64,000 nucleotides of DNA from Patescibacteria group bacterium (lineage in GTDB: Bacteria; Patescibacteriota; Minisyncoccia; Phycocordibacterales; UBA12445), in NCBI GenBank assembly GCA_003504275.1, contig DOAO01000014.1, positions 8,889-72,888 on the forward strand. The letters run 5' to 3'. Shown piece after piece: positions 38,415-47,883 of the stretch. Below the pieces are notes generated by a model. It was not told the DNA's origin and searched no databases. It worked only from the letters and a program-made list of their open reading frames with translations. How positions within the stretch are numbered: position 1 is the stretch's first letter; each line of letters begins with the position of its first letter. Both the position numbers and the translations under genes were made by a program.

Positions 38415-40823
38415 ATGAAAACAGCTTCAGATAAACACGAATTTAAGAGAAGAATTGTACTTCTTGATGTACACGCGATACTTCATCGCGCTTATCACGC
38501 GCTTCCAGATTTTACAACATCAAAAGGTGAGCCTACGGGTGGTCTATATGGACTCTCTTCGATGCTTATAAAAATAATTGGCGAACTGAAGCCCGATTAT
38601 ATTGCTGCTTGTTATGATTTGCCAGAGCCGACTTTTAGGAAGAAACTTTATGATGCATACAAGGCGGGGAGGAAGGAGACCGATACTGCTCTTATTGACC
38701 AGATAATACGCTCACGTGATGTGTTTACCGCTTTTAACATACCTATTTATGAAAAGGCTGGTTTTGAAGCTGACGATATGATTGGCACAATAGCCGAAAT
38801 GGCGAAGAAAGAAAAAGATTTACAGATTGTCATTGCCTCAGGAGACTTGGATACAACTCAGCTTATAGAAGACGAGAAAGTTGTCGTCTACACTCTTCAC
38901 AAAGGAATAAAAGATACAATTATTTATGATGAGAAAGGAATAGAAGAAAGATACGGTTTTGGTCCGAAATTTATGGCGGACTTCAAGGGGCTTCGTGGAG
39001 ATCCTTCAGATAATATAATTGGCATAAAGGGAATCGGCGAGAAGACTGCCGAGACACTTATAAAAAACTTTGGAACGATAGAGGGAATTTATGAGGCCCT
39101 AAAGAAAGATGAAAATATTTTACTCAAGGCCGGTATAAAGGCGCGAATGATAGAGCTTCTGAAAGAAGGGGAGGAAGAGGCACTTTTCTCAAAAAATCTG
39201 GCGACGATCAGACGTGATGCGCCAATTGATTTTTCTTTACCAAAAAAGACATGGCAAGGCGGTCTTGATATGGAGAAGGTTAAAAATTTGTTTTCCGTTT
39301 TAGAATTCAGGACATTATTTGGAAGAATGGAACAGCAGTTGGGAATTTTTGCTCCTACTCCCAACTTGGAAGCTTCGCTTCCAAGTGAAAATATAGATGG
39401 GGTGAATGAGGAGATAGACCCACTACGTCTTAAAAAGCTTTTTATTGCTCTTTGGCTTATAAATTCAGAACTAACGAATCCCAAACTTGAGGATATTTAC
39501 GCTTTTGGAGAGACAAAAGATATTAATGTTGCCGAGAAAAAAATATTAGAAAGAATAAAAGAGGATGGGCTTGAGAGGGTTTATTACGAAATTGAATTAC
39601 CCATTATTCCTATAATAGAAGATGCTGAAAAACGAGGAATACTTCTGGATGTTGATTATCTAAAGAAACTTTCAGAGGATTATCATAAAAAGCATAAAGC
39701 TCTCGAAAATAAAATATATGAACTAGCGGGAACCGAATTTAATATAAATTCGCCAAAGCAGATGGGTGAAATACTTTTTGAAAAAATGGCACTTTCAAAG
39801 AAGGGGATAAGGAAAACCGCCGGTGGCGCGATTTCTACAAAAGAATCCGAACTGGAAAAATTAAAAGATGCGAGTCCTATCGTTGCAGAAATATTGGAAT
39901 ATAGAGGTATTCAGAAACTACTTTCTACATATATAGACAATCTTCCTTTGTTGGTAGATGAGAAAAATCGTTTACACACACATTTAAATCAGACAGGTAC
40001 TACAACAGGTAGAATGTCGTCCACAGATCCAAATATGCAGAATATTCCGGCGAGAGGAGAGGAAGGTTCTGAGATAAGACGTGCGATACTAGCATCCCCC
40101 GGATACAAACTTGCAGCTTTTGATTATTCTCAGATAGAGATGAGGGTACTGGCTTATCTGACCGACGACGAGACACTTATACAGACCTTCAGAGATGGTA
40201 AAGATATTCATTCCTCGGTGGCGTCAAAAGTGTTTGGCGTTCCGGAAGATAAAGTTACAAAAGAAATGAGGCGTCAGGCTAAAGTTATAAATTTCGGAAT
40301 AATATACGGAATGGGAATTAAGGCTCTCAAGAAAAACCTCGGTTCCACGATGGAGGAGGCGGAAACATTTCACAATAATTATTTTGAGAAGTTCCCGAAA
40401 GTAAAAGAATATTTTGAAAGAATAAAACAAGAGGCTCACGACAAAGGATACACAACTACTTATTTTGGAAGGCGCAGATATTTCCCCGAGATAAATTCTC
40501 ATTTGCCATATATTCGCTCAGAGTCAGAGAGGATGGCTATGAATGCGCCAATACAGGGCACAGCTACGGCTGATATTATAAAACTCGCTATGGCGCACGT
40601 TGACGGTAAGCTTCGCGAGGAAAAGCTTCCAAGCGATAAAATACATCTTCTTCTACAAGTTCACGATGAGCTTGTTTATGAGGTAAAGGACGATGAGGAT
40701 ATCGCGAATATTGTCGGTCTCATAAAACACGCGATGGAAAATGTTGTTTCCATAAATTTACCGCTACTTGTGAATGCATATACGGGAGATAATTGGAGCG
40801 AATTGAAAGAAGTTAAAAGTTGA
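38415..40823 (+). CDS. polA: DNA polymerase I (5'-3' exonuclease plus polymerase; reduced/absent 3'-5' exo)
   Basis: motif B RRQAKVINFGIIYG, motif C LLQVHDELVYE; 802 aa. Confidence 0.85.
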   Translation: MKTASDKHEFKRRIVLLDVHAILHRAYHALPDFTTSKGEPTGGLYGLSSMLIKIIGELKPDYIAACYDLPEPTFRKKLYDAYKAGRKETDTALIDQIIRSRDVFTAFNIPIYEKAGFEADDMIGTIAEMAKKEKDLQIVIASGDLDTTQLIEDEKVVVYTLHKGIKDTIIYDEKGIEERYGFGPKFMADFKGLRGDPSDNIIGIKGIGEKTAETLIKNFGTIEGIYEALKKDENILLKAGIKARMIELLKEGEEEALFSKNLATIRRDAPIDFSLPKKTWQGGLDMEKVKNLFSVLEFRTLFGRMEQQLGIFAPTPNLEASLPSENIDGVNEEIDPLRLKKLFIALWLINSELTNPKLEDIYAFGETKDINVAEKKILERIKEDGLERVYYEIELPIIPIIEDAEKRGILLDVDYLKKLSEDYHKKHKALENKIYELAGTEFNINSPKQMGEILFEKMALSKKGIRKTAGGAISTKESELEKLKDASPIVAEILEYRGIQKLLSTYIDNLPLLVDEKNRLHTHLNQTGTTTGRMSSTDPNMQNIPARGEEGSEIRRAILASPGYKLAAFDYSQIEMRVLAYLTDDETLIQTFRDGKDIHSSVASKVFGVPEDKVTKEMRRQAKVINFGIIYGMGIKALKKNLGSTMEEAETFHNNYFEKFPKVKEYFERIKQEAHDKGYTTTYFGRRRYFPEINSHLPYIRSESERMAMNAPIQGTATADIIKLAMAHVDGKLREEKLPSDKIHLLLQVHDELVYEVKDDEDIANIVGLIKHAMENVVSINLPLLVNAYTGDNWSELKEVKS

Positions 40824-40835
40824 AGGTTCTTTAGC

Positions 40836-40923
40836 GTCATTGCGAGCCGAAGGTGTGGCAATCCAGATTTTGTTCCGTATTATTTCCTGGATTGCCACGG
40901 TCTAAAGACCTCGCAATGACAGC
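40836..40923. repeat. full palindromic element (TIR GTCATTGCGAG, inner ctggattgccac modules)
   Basis: gtcattgcgagccgaaggtgtggcaatccag...cctggattgccacggtctaaagacctcgcaatgacagc. Confidence 0.75.
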
Positions 40924-40973
40924 AAAATTTATTTTTTGACTTTATAACCTGATAACATTAAAACATTATAACT

Positions 40974-41708
40974 ATGTACTACCTCCTACACGGAAAAGAC
41001 ACCGCCAATAGCAGAAAAAAGATGAGCGACACTATCGCGTCTTTTCAAAAAAAGAACCCCCATTCAAATATTTTTCGTATGGGTACGGACGATTTTAGCT
41101 CCAGTGCTTTTTTGGAACACATAGGGGGGCAAAGTTTGTTTGCCGACAAGTTCCTTATAATTTTAGATGGAGTATGTAAAAACGAAGAAGCCAAGGAATT
41201 TATTTTTGATAATCTCAAAACGACAGCATCTTCTCATAATGTTTTTATATTTATTGAAGAGGATTTGAAAAAGCCTGAAACTACAAAGTTTGAGAAGTAT
41301 GCTGAAAAAGTTTTTAAATTTGATATTCCGGAAGACAAAAAGGGAGAGAAGGGATTTAATATTTTTTCTATATGTGACGCACTAGGTGAGAAGGACAAGA
41401 AAAAGCTCTGGGTTGTTATGAACAAAGCAGAGAGAGCTGGAATCAGTGCGGAAGAAATATTTTGGAAGCTTTCTTGGCAGATAAAGAACATGCTTTTGGC
41501 GAAGGTGGCTATTGAAAAGGGGGATAGAGCTGTAGAGAAATTAAAAATAAGCCCCTTCGTGCTTTCAAAGGCAAAAAGATATGCCAATAATTTTACAGAA
41601 TCTGAACTCAGGGGTCTTTTTGGAAAGACAGTGACGCTTTATCATGAATCCAGACGAGGATTCTCTGATTTTGATACGGCACTAGAGGCTTTTATATTGG
41701 GGCTTTAG
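40974..41708 (+). CDS. hypothetical protein (possibly clamp-loader delta-like)
   Basis: 244 aa; location after polA only. Confidence 0.3.
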   Translation: MYYLLHGKDTANSRKKMSDTIASFQKKNPHSNIFRMGTDDFSSSAFLEHIGGQSLFADKFLIILDGVCKNEEAKEFIFDNLKTTASSHNVFIFIEEDLKKPETTKFEKYAEKVFKFDIPEDKKGEKGFNIFSICDALGEKDKKKLWVVMNKAERAGISAEEIFWKLSWQIKNMLLAKVAIEKGDRAVEKLKISPFVLSKAKRYANNFTESELRGLFGKTVTLYHESRRGFSDFDTALEAFILGL

Positions 41709-41764
41709 AAAAATGCTTGTTTTTAAGACTTTTTTGACTATCTGCTTAATTGATATCAAATTAC

Positions 41765-41793
41765 TTGACAAAATTATTATAATTTGATATACT
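41765..41793 (+). promoter_or_regulatory. sigma70-like promoter driving candidate ncRNA
   Basis: TTGACA-17nt-TATACT. Confidence 0.5.
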
Positions 41794-41799
41794 CAAAGA

Positions 41800-42112
41800 A
41801 GATAAAAAATGAATATGCGTCAATTTGAATCCTTGTTAAGTTTCGCCTTGAGCAAACTTAGTCAGGAAGGAACCCTCCGTTAAGCGCATCTTCATTTGTT
41901 CGTTGAAAATCGAGGCCTCCGTTTGCGTTAGTTGTGAAAAGCTTACCCTGACAGTGGGTAGGGATAAGCACCTTGATATATCAAGGAAGTCTCTTGAAGG
42001 ATCTATCTTTCTCACGAAAGACGATTTCTTCTCATTGATTGAGTGTTTGGGTTAAAAACTGCAGCTTTACGCGCGGAAAACAAACTGGTCGTCTAATAAC
42101 GACCAGTTTTTT
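41800..42112 (+). ncRNA. candidate structured ncRNA of unknown family
   Basis: own promoter and own intrinsic terminator (42082-42112), multiple internal hairpins, no long ORF (only a 24-codon ORF). Confidence 0.3.
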
Positions 42113-42222
42113 ATTTTTTGTATAGTTATTAATAAGATTGACTCAGTACTTCTTTATTGTAATAATGACCCAAAATAGTTGTTTGAAATAATAAATAGCT
42201 AAAAGCAAAAAGGAGGGTACTT

Positions 42223-42525
42223 ATGCTCGATAATTTTCTGGAGGCTTTGGATAAATATACACAAAATATCTTGGAACATCTTAGGTTTAAGAAAGAGATA
42301 GAGGAAAAATACCATATTACTCATTATTATATGGAAACTTTTATTTATCCTGGCTGGATAACGGTTACCAAATTTGGAATAAGCGATAACGATTGGAATA
42401 AATTGTTCCGTCAAAAAAGAGATATAAAAAATCTTGAAAATTTTCTTGAACTAACAGAAGAAGAACGTCTTACATGCCAGGAAGCTGCAGGAGAAATTTT
42501 CTTGGCTGAATGTCAGAAAAAATGA
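42223..42525 (+). CDS. small protein, tandem paralog 1
   Basis: strong RBS aaaggaggg; shares KxxQxxLxxHLxF...YY and LELT(E/Q)EE motifs with the next two ORFs. Confidence 0.5.
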   Translation: MLDNFLEALDKYTQNILEHLRFKKEIEEKYHITHYYMETFIYPGWITVTKFGISDNDWNKLFRQKRDIKNLENFLELTEEERLTCQEAAGEIFLAECQKK

Positions 42526-42827
42526 GGGAGGAAGTTTCTATGATTAAAAACATCTCGGAGGTTCTCAAAAAGTATAAGCAAAAACTTCGGGAACACCTGA
42601 GTTTCCTTGAAAGCATAAAGAGTTATTACAGTCTTCAGTGTTTTGACGAACACATCTATTATTGGGGCCAAAAACTCGGAATTGGAAATGCGGACTGTGA
42701 AAAAATAGCATATCAGCGTCATGAATTGAGTGGTATCAGTGAAGTTCTTGAATTGACACAAGATGAGATTGATCAATACTACGATGAAGCAAAAGCTTTA
42801 ATCGCGACTGAATATCAGAAAAAATAG
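42510..42827 (+). CDS. small protein, tandem paralog 2
   Basis: RBS gagggagg; paralogous motifs. Confidence 0.5.
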   Translation: MSEKMREEVSMIKNISEVLKKYKQKLREHLSFLESIKSYYSLQCFDEHIYYWGQKLGIGNADCEKIAYQRHELSGISEVLELTQDEIDQYYDEAKALIATEYQKK

Positions 42828-42839
42828 AGGAGGTGGGTT

Positions 42840-43103
42840 ATGGTTTTGGATATATCTAAGGCTGTTTCTGTTTATAAACAAAAGCTACTCGCTTATTTAA
42901 AGCTTTGCGAGGAAATGGAGAAAAAATACAACATCAAGGAGACCAACAGCGTTCTTCCATATTTCTATAAATTAAGTGATTATGACTGGAAGGAGCTTGA
43001 TACTAAGAGTAAAGAGCTTATCGCAATAGAAGAAGTTCTGCATTTTACAAAGGAAGAGATTGACTCTTTTTTAAAAGAAGAAAGAGAGTCGCTAGAGAAA
43101 TGA
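42840..43103 (+). CDS. small protein, tandem paralog 3
   Basis: RBS agaggaggtggg; paralogous motifs. Confidence 0.5.
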   Translation: MVLDISKAVSVYKQKLLAYLKLCEEMEKKYNIKETNSVLPYFYKLSDYDWKELDTKSKELIAIEEVLHFTKEEIDSFLKEERESLEK

Positions 43104-43196
43104 TAAAAATACAACCGTCGGATATTCCGGCGGTTTTTTATTAAATAAAATACCTCCCTGGCAGGGGAGGTAAAGATTTTAGGTAGCGATAAGAGT

Positions 43197-43604
43197 TTAA
43201 CTTTTAATGGTAATTATCGCAGGTTTGGCGTGGTTTGTTCGAGGAAATGTTGTAATCTCTTCAAGTCGTACACAAACAACAAATTCTCCTTCTACTCCGC
43301 CCATGGAAACTGTTACTGGTAGTAGTTTACCTCCGACGTTAAATCCGATGATTATGGCGATTCCCTCTCCTGTGTATTTGCTTGAAATGCGTACAATCAT
43401 TCCTCTTTTTAATTTTCTATCGTCTCGCGTAATTACGCTATCGATTTCTCCGTCTCTAAAATTTATTATTTGGAAATCGGTATTATTGGTGGGAAGTGCA
43501 ATTGAAACTTTTTTTCCATGGAAACTGGCAATCCTTGCCTGGGTTATTGCCTGAGATAGACCTAAAGGATTAATTTTCATAAGTATTCCTCCTTTAATTT
43601 TCAA
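43197..43604 (-). CDS. hypothetical protein
   Basis: 135-aa ORF convergent with the paralog trio. Confidence 0.4.
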   Translation of the reverse strand: MKIKGGILMKINPLGLSQAITQARIASFHGKKVSIALPTNNTDFQIINFRDGEIDSVITRDDRKLKRGMIVRISSKYTGEGIAIIIGFNVGGKLLPVTVSMGGVEGEFVVCVRLEEITTFPRTNHAKPAIITIKS

Positions 43605-43993
43605 AATAACTATTTATTTAACAAAAAACTACCATTTATCTGAATGAAAGTAAAGATAAAAAAATTTGGACATGGAACGTCCAAATTGATAAAGAAGGTT
43701 ACTTATTCTGTTGCAAGGAATCTTTAGTCGCCGAGATATAGGCGACACCTGTAGACGGGCTACGCGAACAGTATCCCGATTGGAGGAATCTTCGCCTACG
43801 TTTAGAAAAGACAGGAATCGGTCACAAATCACTAAGCTTTTTATTTCGCTATGCTCATAAAAATCAAAGTGTTCGCGACCCCGCCTCAGCTCCCATTCTT
43901 GCAGAATGGGTCCCACTTCCAGCTTTCGATTCCTGCTGGGCGCTACAAAACAAAAAACACCCAAATGCTTTCGCATTTGAGGTGTTTGTTTTG

Positions 43994-44066
43994 TGCGCCC
44001 AGCAGGAATCGAACCTGCGACCATTTGCTTAAAAGGCAACTGCTCTACCAGCTGAGCTATGGGCGC
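43994..44066 (-). tRNA. tRNA-Lys (anticodon TTT)
   Basis: reverse complement GCGCCCATAGCTCAGCTGGTAGAGCAGTTGCCTTTTAAGCAAATGGTCGCAGGTTCGATTCCTGCTGGGCGCA; anticodon loop CTTTTAA; no encoded CCA. Confidence 0.85.
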
Positions 44067-44316
44067 AAAATATTATCTATTTTTCGAAATTAACAAAATT
44101 CGTTTTACTGATATAAACACTACCAATTCTTGCCCCGTAACGAAGTTACCTTGGGGAGCTATGGGCGCTTATATGTAAAAAGACAATAACAAAAAATATT
44201 AATATTGTCTATATTATATAACTAATTTTCATTATTTTATACCACTTAAGGAATAATTAGCTAAAATTTTTACGGACAAAGAAAACCGCCACAGGTGTCT
44301 GTGGCGGGGATGCGAG

Positions 44317-45786
44317 TTAGTCTTCTTTTCTAGGCTCCGAAGTTTTTTCGGGAATTTCTAATATTGGATTGGGAGAAAATTTTTTAATAACAACCTTTTC
44401 TTTTTTCTTTCCGTTTGAGTCCACGGTCTTAATATCAATGCTTATTCTGTCTCCGGCAATTATACCGCCGTTCTCGGCTTTGATGACAAGGTTTATTAGA
44501 GCTGAAGCAATCTTTGCCGAGATGACATTCTCTATTGGACGAGCACCCAAGGATCTGTTCATGGGGTCTCTTGTTTCCTTGAATATATAATTGCGGATAG
44601 CCTTAGTGAACTCTATTTTGAGATTAGGTATTGTTTTCTTGAAGCGGGTCATAAGTATGAACAGTTGGTTGTCAATTATTTTTTTGATGTCGTTATCCTC
44701 AAGTGGATGGAAAACAATAAAATTTTCTTTACCGATCCTGCCTATGAGTTCGGTGGGGAAGTGAGGAGAATTTTCAACTTTTTTAATGACAACGTCATAT
44801 ATTGAGTCTTTAGAATCTCTCTCCTCTTCCTTTTCTTCTTTGGTGTTGTATCCGATTTGTCCGCCTCTACCCGAAAGTTTTTTGGCTATTTCTTCCGAGC
44901 CTATGTTTGAGGTCATAAAAACGAAGCAATTTCTGAAGTTGATACGATTTCCGTTTGCAAGCGGAACTATACCATTATCAAACATCGGAAGAAGCGCCCT
45001 CGTTATTTTGGGGTGCATCTTTTCTATTTCGTCAAAAAGAACGATACTGACAGGGAGAGTTTCTTGGCTCTCTTTTTTGTTTTTGTTACTACTGTGGATT
45101 ATGTCTTTGATCTTTTGGTCAAGCTCTTCGATCTTTAATTCGTTCCATTCTTTTTCGCGCGTGAGCCTACCTGTTTCTTCAAAATAAGTTATCTCCTCTT
45201 CAAGAGTTACTTCTTTTTTATCTATCGCTAGGTCGAGTTTATCCAAATCTTCCTGAATTTTTTTGTTTCTGTCTTTGAGTTTTTGTATTTCTACAACGAT
45301 AAGAAGCATTTCAAATCTGTCTTTTTCGTTAATCTCAAAATTAGGTTTTTCTTCTTCAAGTCTTTGTTTTTCTTTTCTTAACTCTTCTTCAAGCTTTATT
45401 CCCCAAAAATTTAATTTATCTTGAGAGAGTTCTGGTTCGCCATTGAAGCCTACATAACCCGGCGGTGAACCGATAAGTCTGGATATGGAATGTTCTTCCT
45501 GGTAAGTGGAGCAATCAATCCTAATAAAGGCGTCAGGATTATTTAAAAGCATATGAGCAAACATTCTTGCGAGGTATGTTTTTCCTACACCGGACGGTCC
45601 GAGAAAGCAAAGCACCCCTGCGGGTTTCATTTTGTCTCTTAAGCCGTGTTTGTACGCGGCTAATTTGCTGGCTAATTTTTCTTTGGCTCGCATTTGTCCT
45701 ATTACATTGCGATCAAAAAAATCAAAATACCCTAACTCTTCCTGACTGAGAGATTCATGGTCAAGCGGCGTCCACATAGCAATCAT
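44317..45786 (-). CDS. ClpA/ClpB D2-like AAA+ ATPase with coiled-coil insertion
   Basis: Walker A GPSGVGKTYLA, Walker B VLFDEIEKMHP, sensor-1 FVFMTSN, sensor-2 GARPIEN; ~120-aa charged coiled-coil between GYVG and Walker B. Confidence 0.65.
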   Translation of the reverse strand: MIAMWTPLDHESLSQEELGYFDFFDRNVIGQMRAKEKLASKLAAYKHGLRDKMKPAGVLCFLGPSGVGKTYLARMFAHMLLNNPDAFIRIDCSTYQEEHSISRLIGSPPGYVGFNGEPELSQDKLNFWGIKLEEELRKEKQRLEEEKPNFEINEKDRFEMLLIVVEIQKLKDRNKKIQEDLDKLDLAIDKKEVTLEEEITYFEETGRLTREKEWNELKIEELDQKIKDIIHSSNKNKKESQETLPVSIVLFDEIEKMHPKITRALLPMFDNGIVPLANGNRINFRNCFVFMTSNIGSEEIAKKLSGRGGQIGYNTKEEKEEERDSKDSIYDVVIKKVENSPHFPTELIGRIGKENFIVFHPLEDNDIKKIIDNQLFILMTRFKKTIPNLKIEFTKAIRNYIFKETRDPMNRSLGARPIENVISAKIASALINLVIKAENGGIIAGDRISIDIKTVDSNGKKKEKVVIKKFSPNPILEIPEKTSEPRKED

Positions 45787-45944
45787 CTCCTTTTTAACCC
45801 AAATTTATTTATATTCTGTTTTAATGACAAGGAACTGTATCTATTTTATCCTACTTGGCTATACGGCGTTGTCAAACCCCCACTACAATTAAGCCAATTT
45901 TCTGTATACAGAAAATTGGCTTAATTGTAGTAGTGGGGAGGGGT

Positions 45945-46343
45945 TTATAAAGGGAGGTCTATCGCATATAGGCCAGGACCGGAAAAAAGAAGAGAGAGGG
46001 TAATTATTAGCATAAGGAGGTCGTATTTAAGTTTTTGCCAGTCTCCATCTCTGAGAGAGACTGCCATATTAAAGAGTGATAACAAACCGGCAACCAATGC
46101 CCACAGCTGAGTGTAAATTCCAAAAACAAGAGCAAGTCCTGAAATTATTTTTAGAGAACCTGTGGATGTGTTTAATAATTTTATACCGTTCTTTTTTTTA
46201 ATATCTTGCCACCCATCACCTAGAAATATTAAACCAACAGACAATCTCAATATGAGTGGAGCGTACTGCTGGTAGTTGTATAATTCCGGGAAAATGCTTA
46301 GTATCTTCTTGAAACCAAAATATTTTATGAGTATGTTTTCCAT
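45945..46343 (-). CDS. DoxX-family membrane protein
   Basis: 132 aa, 3-4 TM. Confidence 0.5.
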   Translation of the reverse strand: MENILIKYFGFKKILSIFPELYNYQQYAPLILRLSVGLIFLGDGWQDIKKKNGIKLLNTSTGSLKIISGLALVFGIYTQLWALVAGLLSLFNMAVSLRDGDWQKLKYDLLMLIITLSLLFSGPGLYAIDLPL

Positions 46344-46394
46344 ATTTATACCGTTAAGTAAGATTCAAATAATATTTAAATATTAGCATAATTT

Positions 46395-46883
46395 ATGAAA
46401 GCCAAAAATAAAACAAAAGAATTGTATTTAATACTAGACGATATCAGAAGCAATTTTAATGTCGGTTCTATTTTTCGTATTGCTGACTGTGCTGGTGTAA
46501 GGAAAATATTTTTGGGTGGTATAACTCCGACGCCTGTTGATCGATTTGGTAGGGACAACAGCGAACTCAAAAAAGTTTCTCTAGGAGCAGAAGACACTGT
46601 GTTCTGGGAAAAAGTTTCATCTGTTTCTCGTTTGATAAATAAACTAAAGAAAGACGGATTTGAAATTGTTTCTCTAGAGCAATCAAATAATTCTATTGAT
46701 TATAAAAAATTTAAATTAAAACAAAATACCGCTCTTATACTCGGCAATGAAGTTGCTGGTGTTAAAAAAAATATATTAAAATCTTCCGATAAAATAATCG
46801 AGATCAAAATGAAAGGGAAGAAGGAATCGCTCAATGTAGCTGTGGCTACCGGAATCACTGTCTTCAGGTTATTGAACGTTTGA
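46395..46883 (+). CDS. SpoU/TrmH-family RNA 2'-O-methyltransferase
   Basis: LILDDIRSNFNVGSIFRIADCAGV SPOUT motifs. Confidence 0.7.
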   Translation: MKAKNKTKELYLILDDIRSNFNVGSIFRIADCAGVRKIFLGGITPTPVDRFGRDNSELKKVSLGAEDTVFWEKVSSVSRLINKLKKDGFEIVSLEQSNNSIDYKKFKLKQNTALILGNEVAGVKKNILKSSDKIIEIKMKGKKESLNVAVATGITVFRLLNV

Positions 46884-46898
46884 CAGTTTAATCGTTTT

Positions 46899-47840
46899 TT
46901 ATTTTTTTAGCGCCTGATGTGTTTCACAGAAGTGCGCACTCCTGCCTCCGACTTTAGTGCGAAGGATGACACCTTTGCATCCTTTCTTTTTACATACCTT
47001 GCCCGTTTGCCTATATACGAGATGGCAATTTTGATATTTACCCCTTTCTCCTTCTATGTTTCTAAAGTCAGACATTGAATCTCCTCCCATCTTTATGGAC
47101 CTATCGAGAATATTTCTTGTAGCTTTAAAAATATTTTTGAAATCTTGCTCCGAAATGTTTTTCAGACGTTCTTTTGGATTTATTCCAGATTGCCAAAGTA
47201 TCTCGTCGGAGTAGATATTGCCGATGCCGGAAATTATTTCTTGCGTCATAAGTATCTGTTTTATCGCTCCATCTTTTTTCTTCATCAGAGCCTTTTTAAA
47301 ATCCGTGAAACTAAAATTTTCTTTCATTGGGTCGGGGCCGAGGTGTTTAAGGTCTTTTGATTCAAATTCTTTTCCTTTATCAAGGAGAACAACTTTTCCA
47401 AATTTTCTCACATCAGAAAAAGCGAGTTCGTAACCGTTAGAAAGATAAAAAATAATATGTAGAAATTTGTTATATGGATCAGAAAGGGGAGTACCTTCTT
47501 TTATGGGTTTCCAAATTAATTTATTATTTTCTTTTTCTTGTTTCCACTTTCCGTACAGAAGATGCCCTGTCATTTTCATATGGAAAAGAAGAGTTTTGTT
47601 TCCTGAAAGATGAGTTAAAACATTTTTGCCGACTCTCTCTGATTTTAATATTTTTTTTCCGATAACTTCTTTTTTGAATTGTTTGTAATACTCAGGATTT
47701 TTTAATGATCTAATATCTTGCTTACGCAGACCAGTCTGTCTGCCGGTAGGCAGATCGGTCCAAACGTCTTTTATGGTAAGACCTTTTACTTTTTTATTTA
47801 ATCCAAAAACAATAGTTGTTACCTCTGGTAACTCAGGCAT
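46899..47840 (-). CDS. formamidopyrimidine-DNA glycosylase / endonuclease VIII family
   Basis: N-terminal MPELPEV catalytic Pro, H2TH region, C-terminal zinc finger CKKKGCKG...CETHQ. Confidence 0.75.
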   Translation of the reverse strand: MPELPEVTTIVFGLNKKVKGLTIKDVWTDLPTGRQTGLRKQDIRSLKNPEYYKQFKKEVIGKKILKSERVGKNVLTHLSGNKTLLFHMKMTGHLLYGKWKQEKENNKLIWKPIKEGTPLSDPYNKFLHIIFYLSNGYELAFSDVRKFGKVVLLDKGKEFESKDLKHLGPDPMKENFSFTDFKKALMKKKDGAIKQILMTQEIISGIGNIYSDEILWQSGINPKERLKNISEQDFKNIFKATRNILDRSIKMGGDSMSDFRNIEGERGKYQNCHLVYRQTGKVCKKKGCKGVILRTKVGGRSAHFCETHQALKK

Positions 47841-47883
47841 GGTAGTTTCAAAAACGATTTAAGATTTATAATTTATTCTTTCG

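Noticed and set aside
41800-42112. Candidate ncRNA as RNase P RNA or tmRNA
   Set aside because: No AGGAAAGUCC/ACAGAA(A/C)CCGGCUUA P4 motifs and no tRNA-like GGUUCGA...CCA 3' end or tag-peptide frame. Left as an unknown family.
43629-44093. 136-aa (minus) and 80-aa (plus) ORFs containing GSIPAGRT/IPAGRYKTKN
   Set aside because: They are translations of the tRNA-Lys gene and its inverted partial copy, a classic tRNA shadow-ORF artefact.
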